Shown here one piece after another: positions 19,437 through 29,887 of a stretch of DNA of 64,000 bases. Made by a program: the position numbers and the translations under genes. Numbering within the stretch: the stretch's first letter is position 1; each line of letters starts with the position of its first letter. Where the stretch lies: positions 109,071 through 173,070 of the forward strand of contig JAUXSB010000014.1 of the NCBI GenBank assembly GCA_030681595.1, written 5' to 3'. The notes below the pieces were generated by a model that worked only from the letters and a program-made list of their open reading frames with translations, ran no database searches and was not told the origin of the DNA. The DNA is from Candidatus Omnitrophota bacterium. Its GTDB lineage: Bacteria > Omnitrophota > Gorgyraeia > Ghiorseimicrobiales > Ghiorseimicrobiaceae.

Positions 19437-20429
19437 TCACCACCTAAATCCTACCCCGGCAACGATAGATACTTCTTTACGTGAACTTAAGGTCCGGATA
19501 AACGCCTCACCTTGGCCTTGAAGAATTTTTCTTGAAAGTTTGACATCTACGCCTAAATCTTCACCTCTTTTATTTTCCAGCCTAATTTCAAGATTGTAGT
19601 TTTTGTCAAGCTTGCCCCATGCTCCCAAGACAATGCTGTTAATTTTCCCATCTGCAGAGGGCATCTCAAATAACAACCCTATTTTTGGGCTTAGTTTCCA
19701 GCTACCAAATAGCGTAATTGCTTTTTTCGCAGGTACTGCCCCTATGCCTATCTCATACTCCAAACCCCTATCAGCGGATTTACCAACGCTTACTTTAAAA
19801 TCAAATTCTGATTTTAGTTCTTTATTCAAGACATATATGATTCTGTGCTTTCCGCCTATATCCCAGTACCCCTTTAAGGTAATGGTGTTAGCGCGCGAAG
19901 GTTTCTCGTAGGTATAGATAATCTCGTTTTGCTTATTTATTTCCCATGAGCCCCGGAAGGTTATTCTGTCGGTTGGGCCTTTTTCTTTTTCTACGTCAAA
20001 TGAAAGCCGGTTATATTTATCGGCCTGCCATCTGCCGCTAAGTTTTATGATATAGATATGTTCTTTTCTGTCGCTATCCTTTGAAGTTACCATAAAAGAT
20101 AACATATCGGCATCGGCACCCATAAGCTCGCCTTCAATGGTAAGTTTATTGCCGGCAATCTGGTTACCCCATTTGTCTAAGGTAAACACGAGATTATGCT
20201 CTTTATCCAAAGACCATGTGCCTTTAAGTTTAAGTTGCTGCGGGATATTATCAGAGATTTGGGATTTTTTTACGTGGTAGGTAAGGTAGTTGTTCTTATC
20301 TATTTCGAAGGTTCCATCAAGGACCGCCCTAAAACCGGGCACTTCCGACTCCCTGCCGGTTTTTTTATAGATGAGCCGGTTGTGAGGATCTATTTCGTAT
20401 CGCACTATATCTCTTTTTTTCACACACAT
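19437..20429 (-). CDS. Repeat protein with about 7 degenerate repeats of roughly 45 aa (G-x-W-x-h-D/N-K-x-N-x-L-x-F), unknown function. Co-transcribed with the C1 peptidase.
   Basis: Repeat examples: KGTWSLDKEHNLVF, SGRWQADKYNRLSF, RGSWEINKQNEIIY, KGYWDIGGKHRIIY, FGSWKLSPKIGLLF and LGAWGKLDKNYNLE. Confidence 0.6.
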   Translation of the reverse strand: MCVKKRDIVRYEIDPHNRLIYKKTGRESEVPGFRAVLDGTFEIDKNNYLTYHVKKSQISDNIPQQLKLKGTWSLDKEHNLVFTLDKWGNQIAGNKLTIEGELMGADADMLSFMVTSKDSDRKEHIYIIKLSGRWQADKYNRLSFDVEKEKGPTDRITFRGSWEINKQNEIIYTYEKPSRANTITLKGYWDIGGKHRIIYVLNKELKSEFDFKVSVGKSADRGLEYEIGIGAVPAKKAITLFGSWKLSPKIGLLFEMPSADGKINSIVLGAWGKLDKNYNLEIRLENKRGEDLGVDVKLSRKILQGQGEAFIRTLSSRKEVSIVAGVGFRW

Positions 20430-20510
20430 TCTCCTTTTCGCAATATTATATCACTTTTAAAGCCTCTTTTCTATTCTCTTAGTCAGGTAGATTGACTTTT
20501 ACTGCGCCAT

Positions 20511-21446
20511 TTGCTATCATTTGACCATATGGAAAAAATAAGGTTAGCAGTTATTGGCGCAGGCAGGCTTGGCTCAATCCACTGCCGCATTTATAAAGAA
20601 CTTGAAAATGTGGAATTGGCTGCGGTCTGCGACATTGACAAGGCGCGCGCAGAAGTTGCCGCCAAAACTTATGATACTGCCGCCTCTTTTGACTACCGTT
20701 ACCTCTTAAACCAAGTTGACGCGGTAAGTATCGCCGCCCCCACCCAGCTGCATTATGAAATCGGCCGTTACTTCTTATCACACGGAATTCATTCCCTAAT
20801 TGAAAAACCCTTTACCACAGATTTAAAACAGGCAGACGCCTTAATTAAACTTGCGCGCAAAAATAAGCTCATTCTGCAGGTAGGCCACGTTGAAAGGTTT
20901 AACTCGGCATTTGCCGCGGCAAAAAAAATTATCCAAAACCCCCAGTTTATTGAATGCCACCGCTTAAGCCCATTCCCTAACCGTTCATTGGATATCGGAG
21001 CGGTCTTAGACATCATGATCCACGACATAGACATTGTCTTAGGACTGGTAAATTCCCCGCTTAAAAAAGTAGAGTCCGTAGGTATTCCGGTTTTAACCCA
21101 GTTTGAGGATATTGCCAATGCGCGGTTTACATTTAAAAACGGCTGTGTCGCCAATTTGACCGCAAGCCGCGTATCGGATGAAGTAATGCGTAAAATCCGC
21201 ATTTTCCAAAAGAATACCTATATATCGCTGGATTACAAAGAAGCACAGGCCTCGGTTTACCGCAAAGACGGGCTGAAAATCACTCAAGAAAACCTGCCGA
21301 TTGAAAAAGAAGAACCCCTCAAAAAAGAACTCGCCTCATTTGTGGATTGCGTCATCAATCGTAAAGAGCCGCTCGTTTCCGGCGAAGTTGCCCGCGAGGC
21401 GCTTGCCGTTGCTTTAAAAATCCAGAAACAAATATGGAACAAGTAA
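20511..21446 (+). CDS. Gfo/Idh/MocA-family NAD(P)-dependent oxidoreductase, possibly a GnnA-like UDP-GlcNAc 3-dehydrogenase. The true start may be at M7.
   Basis: KIRLAVIGAGRLGSIH is an N-terminal Rossmann motif. It overlaps lpxB by 13 nt. Confidence 0.75.
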   Translation: MLSFDHMEKIRLAVIGAGRLGSIHCRIYKELENVELAAVCDIDKARAEVAAKTYDTAASFDYRYLLNQVDAVSIAAPTQLHYEIGRYFLSHGIHSLIEKPFTTDLKQADALIKLARKNKLILQVGHVERFNSAFAAAKKIIQNPQFIECHRLSPFPNRSLDIGAVLDIMIHDIDIVLGLVNSPLKKVESVGIPVLTQFEDIANARFTFKNGCVANLTASRVSDEVMRKIRIFQKNTYISLDYKEAQASVYRKDGLKITQENLPIEKEEPLKKELASFVDCVINRKEPLVSGEVAREALAVALKIQKQIWNK

Positions 21447-22597
21447 GCTCAAAAATAAAAACTCAAAAGTCAAAACATGTCTTTATTGTCTGCGGCGAAC
21501 CTTCCGGCGACCTAAACGCCGGGCTTTTAGCCGAAGCGTTAAAGAAACTTAACCCTGACATCAAAATCAGCGGTGTGGGCGGCGCATTATTACAAAAGAG
21601 CGGCGCTGAAATATTCTACGATATCGCCGGGCTTTCGGTAATGGGCTTATTTGACGTCCTAAAAAAACTCCCTAAATTCTTTGCCCTTAAAAAACTCATC
21701 TTAGAAAAAATAAGTTCTGAAAAACCCGATGCTATAATTTTGGTAGATTTCTCCGGCTTTAACCTGCGCCTTGCCAAAACAATTAACAAAAAAATCCCGG
21801 TAATCTATTATGTTAGCCCACAGGTCTGGGCATCCAGAAAAGGCCGCGTTGAGACAATAAAAAAATATATCTCCAAAATGATTGTCATTTTTAAATTTGA
21901 AGAGGAATTTTATAAAAAATATGGCATAGACGCAGAATTTGTCGGCCATCCCCTATTGGATATCGTAAAACCGGCTCAAGAAAAAAATGAATTCTTAAAA
22001 CAATGCGGGTTCTCTGAAAATAAAACCACTATTGCCCTTCTGCCCGGCTCACGAGCCGCCGAGATAAAAAACATTCTTCCTGTAATGGCAAAAACCGCCG
22101 AATTAATCAGCGAAAAACTTAAAAATGCGCAATTCGTCATTGCCCGCTCGCCAAACGTTGAGCTAAATATTTATAAAGAAATCATTGATGGGTTTAAAAT
22201 AAATATTACTATTATTGAAGGCAGGACTTACGACTGCTTAAATATCGCAGATTTCGCGCTTGTCTGCTCTGGAACAGCCACGCTTGAAACAGCAATTATG
22301 CAGAAACCATTTGTGATAATTTACAAAATGAACCTCTTAAACTACCTGCTCTATCGCCCGCAGGTAAAACTCCCCTATATCGGAATGGTAAACATTGTAG
22401 CGGGTAAAAAAATCATCCCCGAATTTATCCAGTTTGGCGCAAAACCGGAAATCATTGCCGAAGCCGTCTTAGGCATTTTACGTGATGAAACAAAACTCTC
22501 CCAAATGAAAAAGAACCTAAGCGAAATTTCTTCTCTCCTGGGCCCCTCCAACGCCGCAACATCCGCGGCGAAGATAATTTTGAATATTATTTCATAA
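21434..22597 (+). CDS. lpxB: Lipid-A-disaccharide synthase
   Basis: 387 aa. The N-terminus FIVCGEPSGDLNAGLL and the length are typical. Confidence 0.9.
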   Translation: MEQVSSKIKTQKSKHVFIVCGEPSGDLNAGLLAEALKKLNPDIKISGVGGALLQKSGAEIFYDIAGLSVMGLFDVLKKLPKFFALKKLILEKISSEKPDAIILVDFSGFNLRLAKTINKKIPVIYYVSPQVWASRKGRVETIKKYISKMIVIFKFEEEFYKKYGIDAEFVGHPLLDIVKPAQEKNEFLKQCGFSENKTTIALLPGSRAAEIKNILPVMAKTAELISEKLKNAQFVIARSPNVELNIYKEIIDGFKINITIIEGRTYDCLNIADFALVCSGTATLETAIMQKPFVIIYKMNLLNYLLYRPQVKLPYIGMVNIVAGKKIIPEFIQFGAKPEIIAEAVLGILRDETKLSQMKKNLSEISSLLGPSNAATSAAKIILNIIS

Positions 22598-22650
22598 CCA
22601 TGTACACTCCCGCCAGACTAAAGTCGGGCTGGTCCGCGATGCACATAAGG

Positions 22651-24696
22651 TTAGAATGACCTTAGGCGGCGATAAAGGGAAGATTTGGTATGGTAGGGTT
22701 TATTAATATCGTAACTATCCTCATCCGAATCACTCTGCCAATCGTTCTCCGGAACAAGGCGCGAAAAATCAGAATCTATTTTAGCCAAGACGTTCTTAGT
22801 GTTTAAGAAGCGGGAGACTTTATTAAAGCTAGATATACCTGAATTAAATCCTTCGTTATGCATAGAAAGATATAAATTATTTTTAGCACGGGTAACCGCC
22901 ACATAAAGCAGGCGGCATTCCTCTTCTATCGCCTCATCATCATCTAAGGCATAAGTTACGGGGAGGCAGCCGTCAGAAAGAGCGATGACAAAAACCGTAT
23001 CCCATTCTAAGCCCTTTGCCGAATGAATGGTGGATAAGACTAAAGGCAATTCATCATGCTTTGCATGCGGATTAATCTCCGAAACCGAGCGTTGCGGCGG
23101 CTCAAGTGCCACAAAATCCGCCAAAAATTCGGATAAATTACTGTATTCCGCAGAAACTTCAAGCAACGCCTTTAAATCATCGGCTCTTTTTTGGTAATCA
23201 TCAAACTTATCCTTCATTAAAGGATAATAAAAATCGAGCGCTTTATCCAGCATTTCAGACACATCTTTACCTTCGCCTCCCAATAACCGGATTAAATTCA
23301 GGAGGCGGGTTAATTCACCAAAGAATTTTTTCTGTTTAAAATCAGCCATTTCAAAGATAACCCCTTGCCCTTTAGCCAGTTCGTTAACAATCTTGCCGGC
23401 AGTTTTAGGGCCAACACCCTCTAGGAGCGATAAAATCCTATGCCAAGACAGTTCATCACGGAAGTTATGTGTAATACGTAAAAAAGCCAAAACATCTTTT
23501 ACGTGCGCTGTCTCAATGAAGCGTATTCCGCCATATACTACAAAAGGAATATTTAATTTTGCAAGCTCCATTTGCAAGGGGAGCGAAAGATGGTTGGAGC
23601 GGTATAAAACGCTAATTTTATTTAAAGCCGCTCCCTCATTATAAAGCTCTCTAATCTTACGCGCTACCCAGCCTGCTTCATCGTGCGCGTCTTTAAAGAA
23701 CGAGAGCTTGGGTTTTTCGCCGCCCTCTCTTACCGCGTGTAAAACCTTAGTGTATTTATGCGCTTCCTCTTCGATAACAGCATTAGCTAAGTCTAATATC
23801 GGCTGATACGAACGATAATTTTCTTCCAGTTTTATAATTTTTGTCCTTGGAAAACGCTTAGGAAAATCAAACATATTTTTATAATACGCTCCGCGGAAAC
23901 TATATATACTCTGCGTATCATCTCCCACCGCCAGAATATTCCCGTGTGATTTACCCAAAAGATACACTATCTCACCCTGCAGTTTATTAGTGTCCTGAAA
24001 CTCATCTACCATTATATACTGGTATTTCCTGGATAAATCCTCCCGTATAAACTCATCCTCAAGGAGAATTTTCAAATATAAAAGCATATCATCATAATCA
24101 ATAAGCCTGCGTTCCAATTTATATTTTATATACGCGTCTTTTAGCTCTTCAATATCGTGATAGACTTCTAAAAACTGCGGATATTCCTTCTGTATTATAT
24201 CTACGATTTTTTCCGAGCGGTTAAAAGACATGCTTAAAATTGACCGAAGAGTATCCTTTTTGGGAAAGCGCTCCTTCCTGCCCCCGCCAGGGGGTGAATC
24301 ACGAAACCCCAATTGTGTCGAAAGTAGCCCCAGCGCCTCTTCGGCATCCGCTTCATCAATAAAGGAAAAAACCTCTGAAAACCCTAATTTTTTATGGTAT
24401 TTTTGGATTAGACGATAGGCAAAAGAATGAAATGTCCCGCCGTCAACTTTTTGGCAGTTGATATTGTGGCGTGAGGCACGATCAATCATTTGGCGGGCGG
24501 CCTTTCTGGTAAAAGTCAAAAGAAGTATCCTCTCCGGCTCAACATTATGCTGGATGAGGTTTAAAACCCGGTATTCAATAACACGGGTTTTTCCGGTGCC
24601 GGCGCCCGCGACCACCAAAACCGGCCCTTCTAAGCTATTCACCGCTTCTAATTGAGCTTTATTTAAGGGAAATTCTTTAGCGTGAGAAGAATGCAT
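22651..24696 (-). CDS. UvrD/PcrA/Rep-family ATP-dependent DNA helicase
   Basis: 681 aa, with Walker A AGAGTGKT and the UvrD helicase motifs. Confidence 0.92.
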   Translation of the reverse strand: MHSSHAKEFPLNKAQLEAVNSLEGPVLVVAGAGTGKTRVIEYRVLNLIQHNVEPERILLLTFTRKAARQMIDRASRHNINCQKVDGGTFHSFAYRLIQKYHKKLGFSEVFSFIDEADAEEALGLLSTQLGFRDSPPGGGRKERFPKKDTLRSILSMSFNRSEKIVDIIQKEYPQFLEVYHDIEELKDAYIKYKLERRLIDYDDMLLYLKILLEDEFIREDLSRKYQYIMVDEFQDTNKLQGEIVYLLGKSHGNILAVGDDTQSIYSFRGAYYKNMFDFPKRFPRTKIIKLEENYRSYQPILDLANAVIEEEAHKYTKVLHAVREGGEKPKLSFFKDAHDEAGWVARKIRELYNEGAALNKISVLYRSNHLSLPLQMELAKLNIPFVVYGGIRFIETAHVKDVLAFLRITHNFRDELSWHRILSLLEGVGPKTAGKIVNELAKGQGVIFEMADFKQKKFFGELTRLLNLIRLLGGEGKDVSEMLDKALDFYYPLMKDKFDDYQKRADDLKALLEVSAEYSNLSEFLADFVALEPPQRSVSEINPHAKHDELPLVLSTIHSAKGLEWDTVFVIALSDGCLPVTYALDDDEAIEEECRLLYVAVTRAKNNLYLSMHNEGFNSGISSFNKVSRFLNTKNVLAKIDSDFSRLVPENDWQSDSDEDSYDINKPYHTKSSLYRRLRSF

Positions 24697-25271
24697 TATT
24701 TTAAGATATATTTCGCTAGCATATCCACCTCTATATTTACAGATGAGCCGGCATTTTTGTATTTAAAGGTAGTGTTTTTTAAGGTATGCGGGATGATATA
24801 GACTGAAAAGGTTGTAGCAGTTAGGGCAGCGACAGTTAAACTTATACCATCAACAGCAACAGAACCCTTAAGCGCGATATATTTACCAAGCCCCTTAGGG
24901 GTGGCAATCTCAAAACAAAGGTTCTGCCCGATAAATGATTTCTTGCGAATTAAACCCTTGGCGTCAATATGGCCCGCAACAAAATGCCCGGACAATCTAT
25001 CCCCTGCCTTTAAAGCACGCTCTAAATTTACTAGATCATTTGGGTGCAATTCGCATAAATTAGTAAGTCTTAGAGTCTCTTCCATTACTTCAAAAGAAAG
25101 GTAGTCTTTTTCTTCTTTAACTACTGTAAGACAGGCGCCGTTTACAGCGATACTATCGCCGATTTTAACATCATCCATGATTTTATCCGCCCGAATTTCT
25201 AAAACGGTATAATTGCCTTTTTTGCTAAGGCTTCTGACTATGCCTAATTCTTCGATTATTCCGGTAAACAT
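24696..25271 (-). CDS. ribE: Riboflavin synthase alpha chain
   Basis: MFTGIIEELG is the N-terminus, followed by duplicated lumazine-binding halves. Confidence 0.92.
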   Translation of the reverse strand: MFTGIIEELGIVRSLSKKGNYTVLEIRADKIMDDVKIGDSIAVNGACLTVVKEEKDYLSFEVMEETLRLTNLCELHPNDLVNLERALKAGDRLSGHFVAGHIDAKGLIRKKSFIGQNLCFEIATPKGLGKYIALKGSVAVDGISLTVAALTATTFSVYIIPHTLKNTTFKYKNAGSSVNIEVDMLAKYILK

Positions 25272-25493
25272 CTTTTATAAACAATATTGGCAGTTTTATA
25301 TTTCTTCGCTCCGGTTGCAATTTTTAACGTCAGCTTCTCGGTATTTTAAGGCACCTGCGGAACTCGTTCTTCGGCACATCCGTGCCAGGAATGAACTCAA
25401 ACAGTCCTCGGCGTCCCGCTCTGCGAGCGGGCAACCTTAAAATACCTACGACTCCTGACTAAATTGCAAAGTCGCTCAGTAAATACAAAACTG

Positions 25494-26573
25494 TCAATAT
25501 GTTATGTCCCCCTCTATTAACAAATCTTCCCCAATTTTAGTTACCTTAATATCTTTCAGTTTTGCCGCTTTATCTATCCGGCCAAACCCCTTACCCGCAA
25601 CCGAGCTAACCGCGCATCTGCCGCCGATAATCTTAGGAGCGATAAAAAACTTGGCCTCATCTACCAGTTTTTCATCAAATAAGGAACCGATTAATTCCCC
25701 TCCGCCTTCGACTAATATTTTAGAAATTTCTAAAGCGGCAAGCTCTCTCATCATCTGCCGCAAATTAACCTGACGATTTTTAACGCCGACGTTTATTATT
25801 TGCGCGCCTTTCTTAATTAACTTTGCTACTTTATTATCGGTTATTTTTTTTGTAGTGACAATAATTATTTTTCCGTCATCAAATATTTTTGAATCGAGGG
25901 GGGTTTTTAAGTTTGTATCCGCGACTATCTTTATATTCTTACTTGTCCCGGACAACCGGGGATTATCTCGAATTGCCGTATTTACTCCTACCATAATCGC
26001 ATCAAAATCTCTTCTTAATTTATGCGCAAAATTACGCGCAGCACCAGATGTAACCCACTTTGAATCAAAACTCCGCGTTGCGATTTTACCATCCAAGCTC
26101 TGGCCAACTTTCACGCAAATATAGGGGATTTTTTTAGTAATATACTTTATGAATACCTTATTTATCTTTTTAGCTTCGTTTTCTAATATGCCCGCTCTTA
26201 CTTTAATCCCTGCTTTGCGCAATATTTTGATACTTGCGCCGTTATTTACCGGGTTTGGGTCAATCATTCCCACAATGACTTCCGCGACTCCGCTTTTTAT
26301 AATTTTATCTACGCAGGGAGGAGTGCGGCCGAAATGACGACATGGCTCTAAAGTTACATACAAAGAAGCGCCGCGAGCTTCTGAACCAGCTTTATTGAGG
26401 GCAAGAACTTCTGCGTGCGGTGCGCCTACTTTTTTATGGAATCCGGTGGCAATAATTTTATTATTTTTTACGAGGACGGCCCCGACGTAAGGATTTGGGC
26501 GGGGATCTTTGGCCTTAGCAGAAAGGAGAAGCGCCTGCTGCATGAAATATTCATCCCAATTTCTTTTTTGCAT
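25494..26573 (-). CDS. ribD: Bifunctional diaminohydroxyphosphoribosylaminopyrimidine deaminase / 5-amino-6-(5-phosphoribosylamino)uracil reductase
   Basis: HAEVLAL and LEPCRHFGRTPPC form the zinc deaminase site; a reductase domain follows. Confidence 0.92.
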   Translation of the reverse strand: MQKRNWDEYFMQQALLLSAKAKDPRPNPYVGAVLVKNNKIIATGFHKKVGAPHAEVLALNKAGSEARGASLYVTLEPCRHFGRTPPCVDKIIKSGVAEVIVGMIDPNPVNNGASIKILRKAGIKVRAGILENEAKKINKVFIKYITKKIPYICVKVGQSLDGKIATRSFDSKWVTSGAARNFAHKLRRDFDAIMVGVNTAIRDNPRLSGTSKNIKIVADTNLKTPLDSKIFDDGKIIIVTTKKITDNKVAKLIKKGAQIINVGVKNRQVNLRQMMRELAALEISKILVEGGGELIGSLFDEKLVDEAKFFIAPKIIGGRCAVSSVAGKGFGRIDKAAKLKDIKVTKIGEDLLIEGDITY

Positions 26574-27375
26574 CTTTTAATTCTTCAACCACGGAATAAG
26601 GAACCTTAACTCTTCCAAGTGGATTTTGCGGTTTGATTGCCCCGTGAAAATCCGAGCCGCCGGTTTTAATCAGGTTTAATCTATCTGCGACTTCCTCATA
26701 ATGTTTAGTCACGGAAGGTAAATGTTCGGGATAATAGGCTTCAATTCCGCGTAAGCCGTATCCGGAAAACTCTTCTATCACTTTATCATTATTCAATATG
26801 TATGGATGCGCTAAAACCGGAATACCTTTCGCGGAGAGCACTAACTCAATAGCTTCTTTGGGTGTTAACTTAAAACGCGATACATAAGCCGGGCGATGCT
26901 CGCCTATATATTTATTGAATGCGCCTTGAAGGGTAGAAACAAAACCTTCTACGTGTAAAATACGCGCAAGATGCATCCTACCTACGGTAGCTGCGCCGGC
27001 AAGCCTAAAGACTTTATCGACATTTATGGATATACCTTGCGACTTAAGCTTCTCGACCATTTCATGCATACGGCTTACCCTGTCTTGGCGCATTTTCTTT
27101 AACCTAGACAATAGGTTAGCATCTTCGTAATCTATTAAGAAGCCTAAAATATGCACCTCAGCGTTATTATGTTCGGCGCTTAATTCCAAAGCCGGAATAA
27201 TCTCTATCCCTGTTTCACCTGCCGCTTCTTTCGCGGGGAAAATTCCGTCTATAGTATCATGGTCACAGATAGCTACAGCTGATAATCCGTTATCTTTGGC
27301 TAATTTTATCAGCTCGTAAGGGGTAGATGTTCCGTCGGAAAATGTAGTGTGGGTATGCAGGTCGGCGAATTTCAT
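26551..27375 (-). CDS. PHP-domain phosphoesterase (histidinol-phosphatase family)
   Basis: [11 protein letters not shown]...AICDHD are PHP motifs. Confidence 0.85.
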   Translation of the reverse strand: MKFADLHTHTTFSDGTSTPYELIKLAKDNGLSAVAICDHDTIDGIFPAKEAAGETGIEIIPALELSAEHNNAEVHILGFLIDYEDANLLSRLKKMRQDRVSRMHEMVEKLKSQGISINVDKVFRLAGAATVGRMHLARILHVEGFVSTLQGAFNKYIGEHRPAYVSRFKLTPKEAIELVLSAKGIPVLAHPYILNNDKVIEEFSGYGLRGIEAYYPEHLPSVTKHYEEVADRLNLIKTGGSDFHGAIKPQNPLGRVKVPYSVVEELKDAKKKLG

Positions 27376-27818
27376 TTACTATCAACCTTTTCTTTTTTAA
27401 TTTTGTCCAATACGGCATTGACAAACTTACCGGAATCTTTGTCGCCGTATTTTTTGGCAAGCTCTATAGCTTCGTTTATGGAAACCTTGGGAGGAATATC
27501 GGATAAATATAAAAGTTCGAAAGCGGCAAGGCGCAAGATATTTCTATCAATTACCGGCATCCGGTGTAGCTGCCAGTTAAGAGCAAAATGCGAAATGTTT
27601 TCATCGAGGATATTTAAATTTTTAATTGTACCGCAGACTAAAGTGTTTACAAAGTTTTTCAGCTCGACATCAAGAGACTCTTCAGAATAAGCCCAGAAAT
27701 TACGCAAGGCATCATCTGCTAGCGCGTCGGTAACATCAATTTGATAAAGTATTTTTAAAGCGCATTCGCGCGCATGGGTACGTTTTCGCATATAATGAGC
27801 ACACCAGTTACGGAGCAT
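27372..27818 (-). CDS. nusB: Transcription antitermination factor NusB
   Basis: 148 aa. [14 protein letters not shown]. Confidence 0.9.
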   Translation of the reverse strand: MLRNWCAHYMRKRTHARECALKILYQIDVTDALADDALRNFWAYSEESLDVELKNFVNTLVCGTIKNLNILDENISHFALNWQLHRMPVIDRNILRLAAFELLYLSDIPPKVSINEAIELAKKYGDKDSGKFVNAVLDKIKKEKVDSK

Positions 27819-27842
27819 AAATGCGACGTAACTGATAAGTAC

Positions 27843-27909
27843 GAATTGAACCCCACACCCAGTTACTACGAAGAAACGCTACGAAGTATCTGGGTGTGGG
27901 GTAAATTCA
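27843..27909. repeat. Palindromic intergenic repeat element (REP/MITE-like family 1), copy 1
   Basis: GAATTGAACCCCACACCCAG...CTGGGTGTGGGGTAAATTCA. It is about 85% identical to 28487-28553. Confidence 0.8.
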
Positions 27910-27955
27910 GACAGATAACTTACATTCGCTTCCACTCTGTAAGTTATGTCTTTAT

Positions 27956-28420
27956 TTACAGTTGTTCCATCACATTTACCATCTCAATAGCATTCATAGC
28001 CGCGTCAACGCCTTTATTCCCGTCTTTTGTACCGGCACGCTCAATTGCCTGCTCAATAGTATCGGCGGTAATAATGCCAAAGATTGCCGGAACACCGCTG
28101 TTAAGCGAAACACTGGCAATTCCCTTTGCCGCTTCTGATGCCACGTATTCGAAATGCGGAGTCGCCCCCCGAATAATCACTCCTAAACATATGACCGCGT
28201 CAAAACCCTTAGACTTAGCCAGCTTTGCCGCTACAGTCGGAATTTCAAAACACCCCGGCACCCAAACTACTTCAATTTGGGCTTCTTTTGCGCCGTGCCG
28301 CAGGAGCGTATCCACGCACCCATTTAATAATTCCTTGCTGACAAAATCATTAAAGCGCGAGATTACTATAGCAAATTTTTTGTCCTTTGCCAATAGTTGA
28401 CCTGTGATTGTCTTAATCAT
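27956..28420 (-). CDS. ribH: 6,7-dimethyl-8-ribityllumazine synthase. The start is corrected to MIKTITGQ; the 55-aa N-terminal extension in the ORF track reads through the repeat element.
   Basis: FAIVISRFN marks the lumazine synthase core. GGGAGG precedes the internal ATG at 28418-28420. Confidence 0.88.
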   Translation of the reverse strand: MIKTITGQLLAKDKKFAIVISRFNDFVSKELLNGCVDTLLRHGAKEAQIEVVWVPGCFEIPTVAAKLAKSKGFDAVICLGVIIRGATPHFEYVASEAAKGIASVSLNSGVPAIFGIITADTIEQAIERAGTKDGNKGVDAAMNAIEMVNVMEQL

Positions 28421-28486
28421 CTGTTTCCTCCCTTCAATGACGACATAATTTACGAAAGGCGTAAGCCAAACGTAAATTATGTGTCG

Positions 28487-28553
28487 GAATTGAACCCCAC
28501 GCCCAGTTACTTCGAAGCGTTTCTGCGACGTATCTGGGTGTGGGGTAAATTCA
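28487..28553. repeat. Palindromic intergenic repeat element (family 1), copy 2
   Basis: GAATTGAACCCCACGCCCAG...CTGGGTGTGGGGTAAATTCA. Confidence 0.8.
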
Positions 28554-28600
28554 TCCAAATAAGTTATCTCGGCTATCGCCTCCATAACTTACGGCTTCAT

Positions 28601-29797
28601 TTATAATAAGTGCCCCAACTTCTCCTTTTTCGTCTCTAAATATTTTTTATTCTCCGAATTAGGCATAATTTCAATAGGCACTCGTTCGGTTATCTTTATG
28701 CCATAGCCCTCTAAGCCAACAATCTTTCTGGGATTGTTAGTAAAAAGCCGCACCTCGTACACACCCAAGTCCACAAGCATCTGAGCGCCTATGCCATATT
28801 CACGCAAATCCGCTCCTAACCCTAAGGCATAATTTGCCTCAACCGTATCCAATCCCTTATCCTGCAAAGAATAAGCACGGATTTTATTTATTAAGCCTAT
28901 ACCCCTGCCTTCCTGATTCATATAAAGGACAACACCACATCCTTCTTTACCTATCATCTGCATTGAATATTTAAGCTGCTGGCCGCAATCACATCTTTTA
29001 GAAGCAAAAATATCACCGGTCAAACACTGCGAATGCACCCTTACTAAAACATTTTTATTTTTTACCTCACCTATCACTAATGCCAGATGATGGCTGTTGT
29101 CAACCAACGACTCATAGACAATTAATTTAAAATTGCCGTAATCGGTGGGCAGATTTGTTTCCACAGCGCGTTTTACCAACTTTTCCGACTTTCGGCGGTA
29201 CTCGATTAAAGAGGCAATGGTGCCTATTTTAAGGCCGAATTTCTTGGCGAATTCTATTAACTGCGGCGTACGCGCCATCGTACCGTCATCGTTCATAATC
29301 TCACATATTACCCCCGCGGGATAGGCCCCGGCAAGCTTTGCCAAATCCAGGCTTGCTTCGGTATGCCCTGCCCGCACCAGCACTCCGCCTTTTCTCGCTC
29401 TTAAAGGGAAGAGATGCCCCGGACGCGCCAAATCCTCAGGCCTTGTTTTAGGGCCGATTAAAATCTGTATCGTCCGGGCACGATCATGAACAGATATCCC
29501 GGTTGTAACTCCCTGCTTAGCATCTACAGAAATCATCCACGCCGTAGAATAGGCATCCGTAGATGATGACTGATGCATCGGATAAAGTTCCAGCTCACTT
29601 AAACGCTCTTCTTCCATAGAGACACAAATAAGGCCACGGCCGTATTTGGTCATAAAATTGATACCCTCAGGTTTGACAAAAGAAGCGGCAATAACTAAAT
29701 CACCTTCATTTTCACGGCCTTCATCGTCAAGGATAACGGCCATCTTCCCCTGCTTTATGTCTTCGATTATTTCTAGGATGGTGTTGAATTGGCTCAT
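28601..29797 (-). CDS. ribBA: Bifunctional 3,4-dihydroxy-2-butanone-4-phosphate synthase / GTP cyclohydrolase II
   Basis: RibB motifs are [14 protein letters not shown]; the RibA motifs are in the C-terminal half. 398 aa. Confidence 0.93.
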   Translation of the reverse strand: MSQFNTILEIIEDIKQGKMAVILDDEGRENEGDLVIAASFVKPEGINFMTKYGRGLICVSMEEERLSELELYPMHQSSSTDAYSTAWMISVDAKQGVTTGISVHDRARTIQILIGPKTRPEDLARPGHLFPLRARKGGVLVRAGHTEASLDLAKLAGAYPAGVICEIMNDDGTMARTPQLIEFAKKFGLKIGTIASLIEYRRKSEKLVKRAVETNLPTDYGNFKLIVYESLVDNSHHLALVIGEVKNKNVLVRVHSQCLTGDIFASKRCDCGQQLKYSMQMIGKEGCGVVLYMNQEGRGIGLINKIRAYSLQDKGLDTVEANYALGLGADLREYGIGAQMLVDLGVYEVRLFTNNPRKIVGLEGYGIKITERVPIEIMPNSENKKYLETKKEKLGHLL

Positions 29798-29809
29798 CTG
29801 TCTAAATTA

Positions 29810-29887
29810 CCCGCCACAAAGCATTGGCGGGTTAATTCCGGCAGACAAGTTATATCGTTTTCACTCTATAACTTGTGCCGTCATTAA
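29810..29887. repeat. MITE/REP-like element (family 2), copy 1: a GC-rich hairpin, then TTAATTCCGGCA ... TGCCGTCATTAA terminal inverted repeats
   Basis: CCCGCCACAAAGCATTGGCGGG TTAATTCCGGCA gacaagttatatcgttttcactctataacttg TGCCGTCATTAA. It is homologous to 53207-53323. Confidence 0.6.

Noticed and set aside
27956-28585. ORF-track version of ribH with a 55-aa N-terminal extension; likewise 42586-43095 (pilin), 17235-17696 (lipoprotein) and 30160-30681 (cinA) with long leaders
   Set aside because: The extensions read through intergenic repeat elements. Internal ATGs preceded by good Shine-Dalgarno sequences give proteins that begin at the canonical family N-termini.
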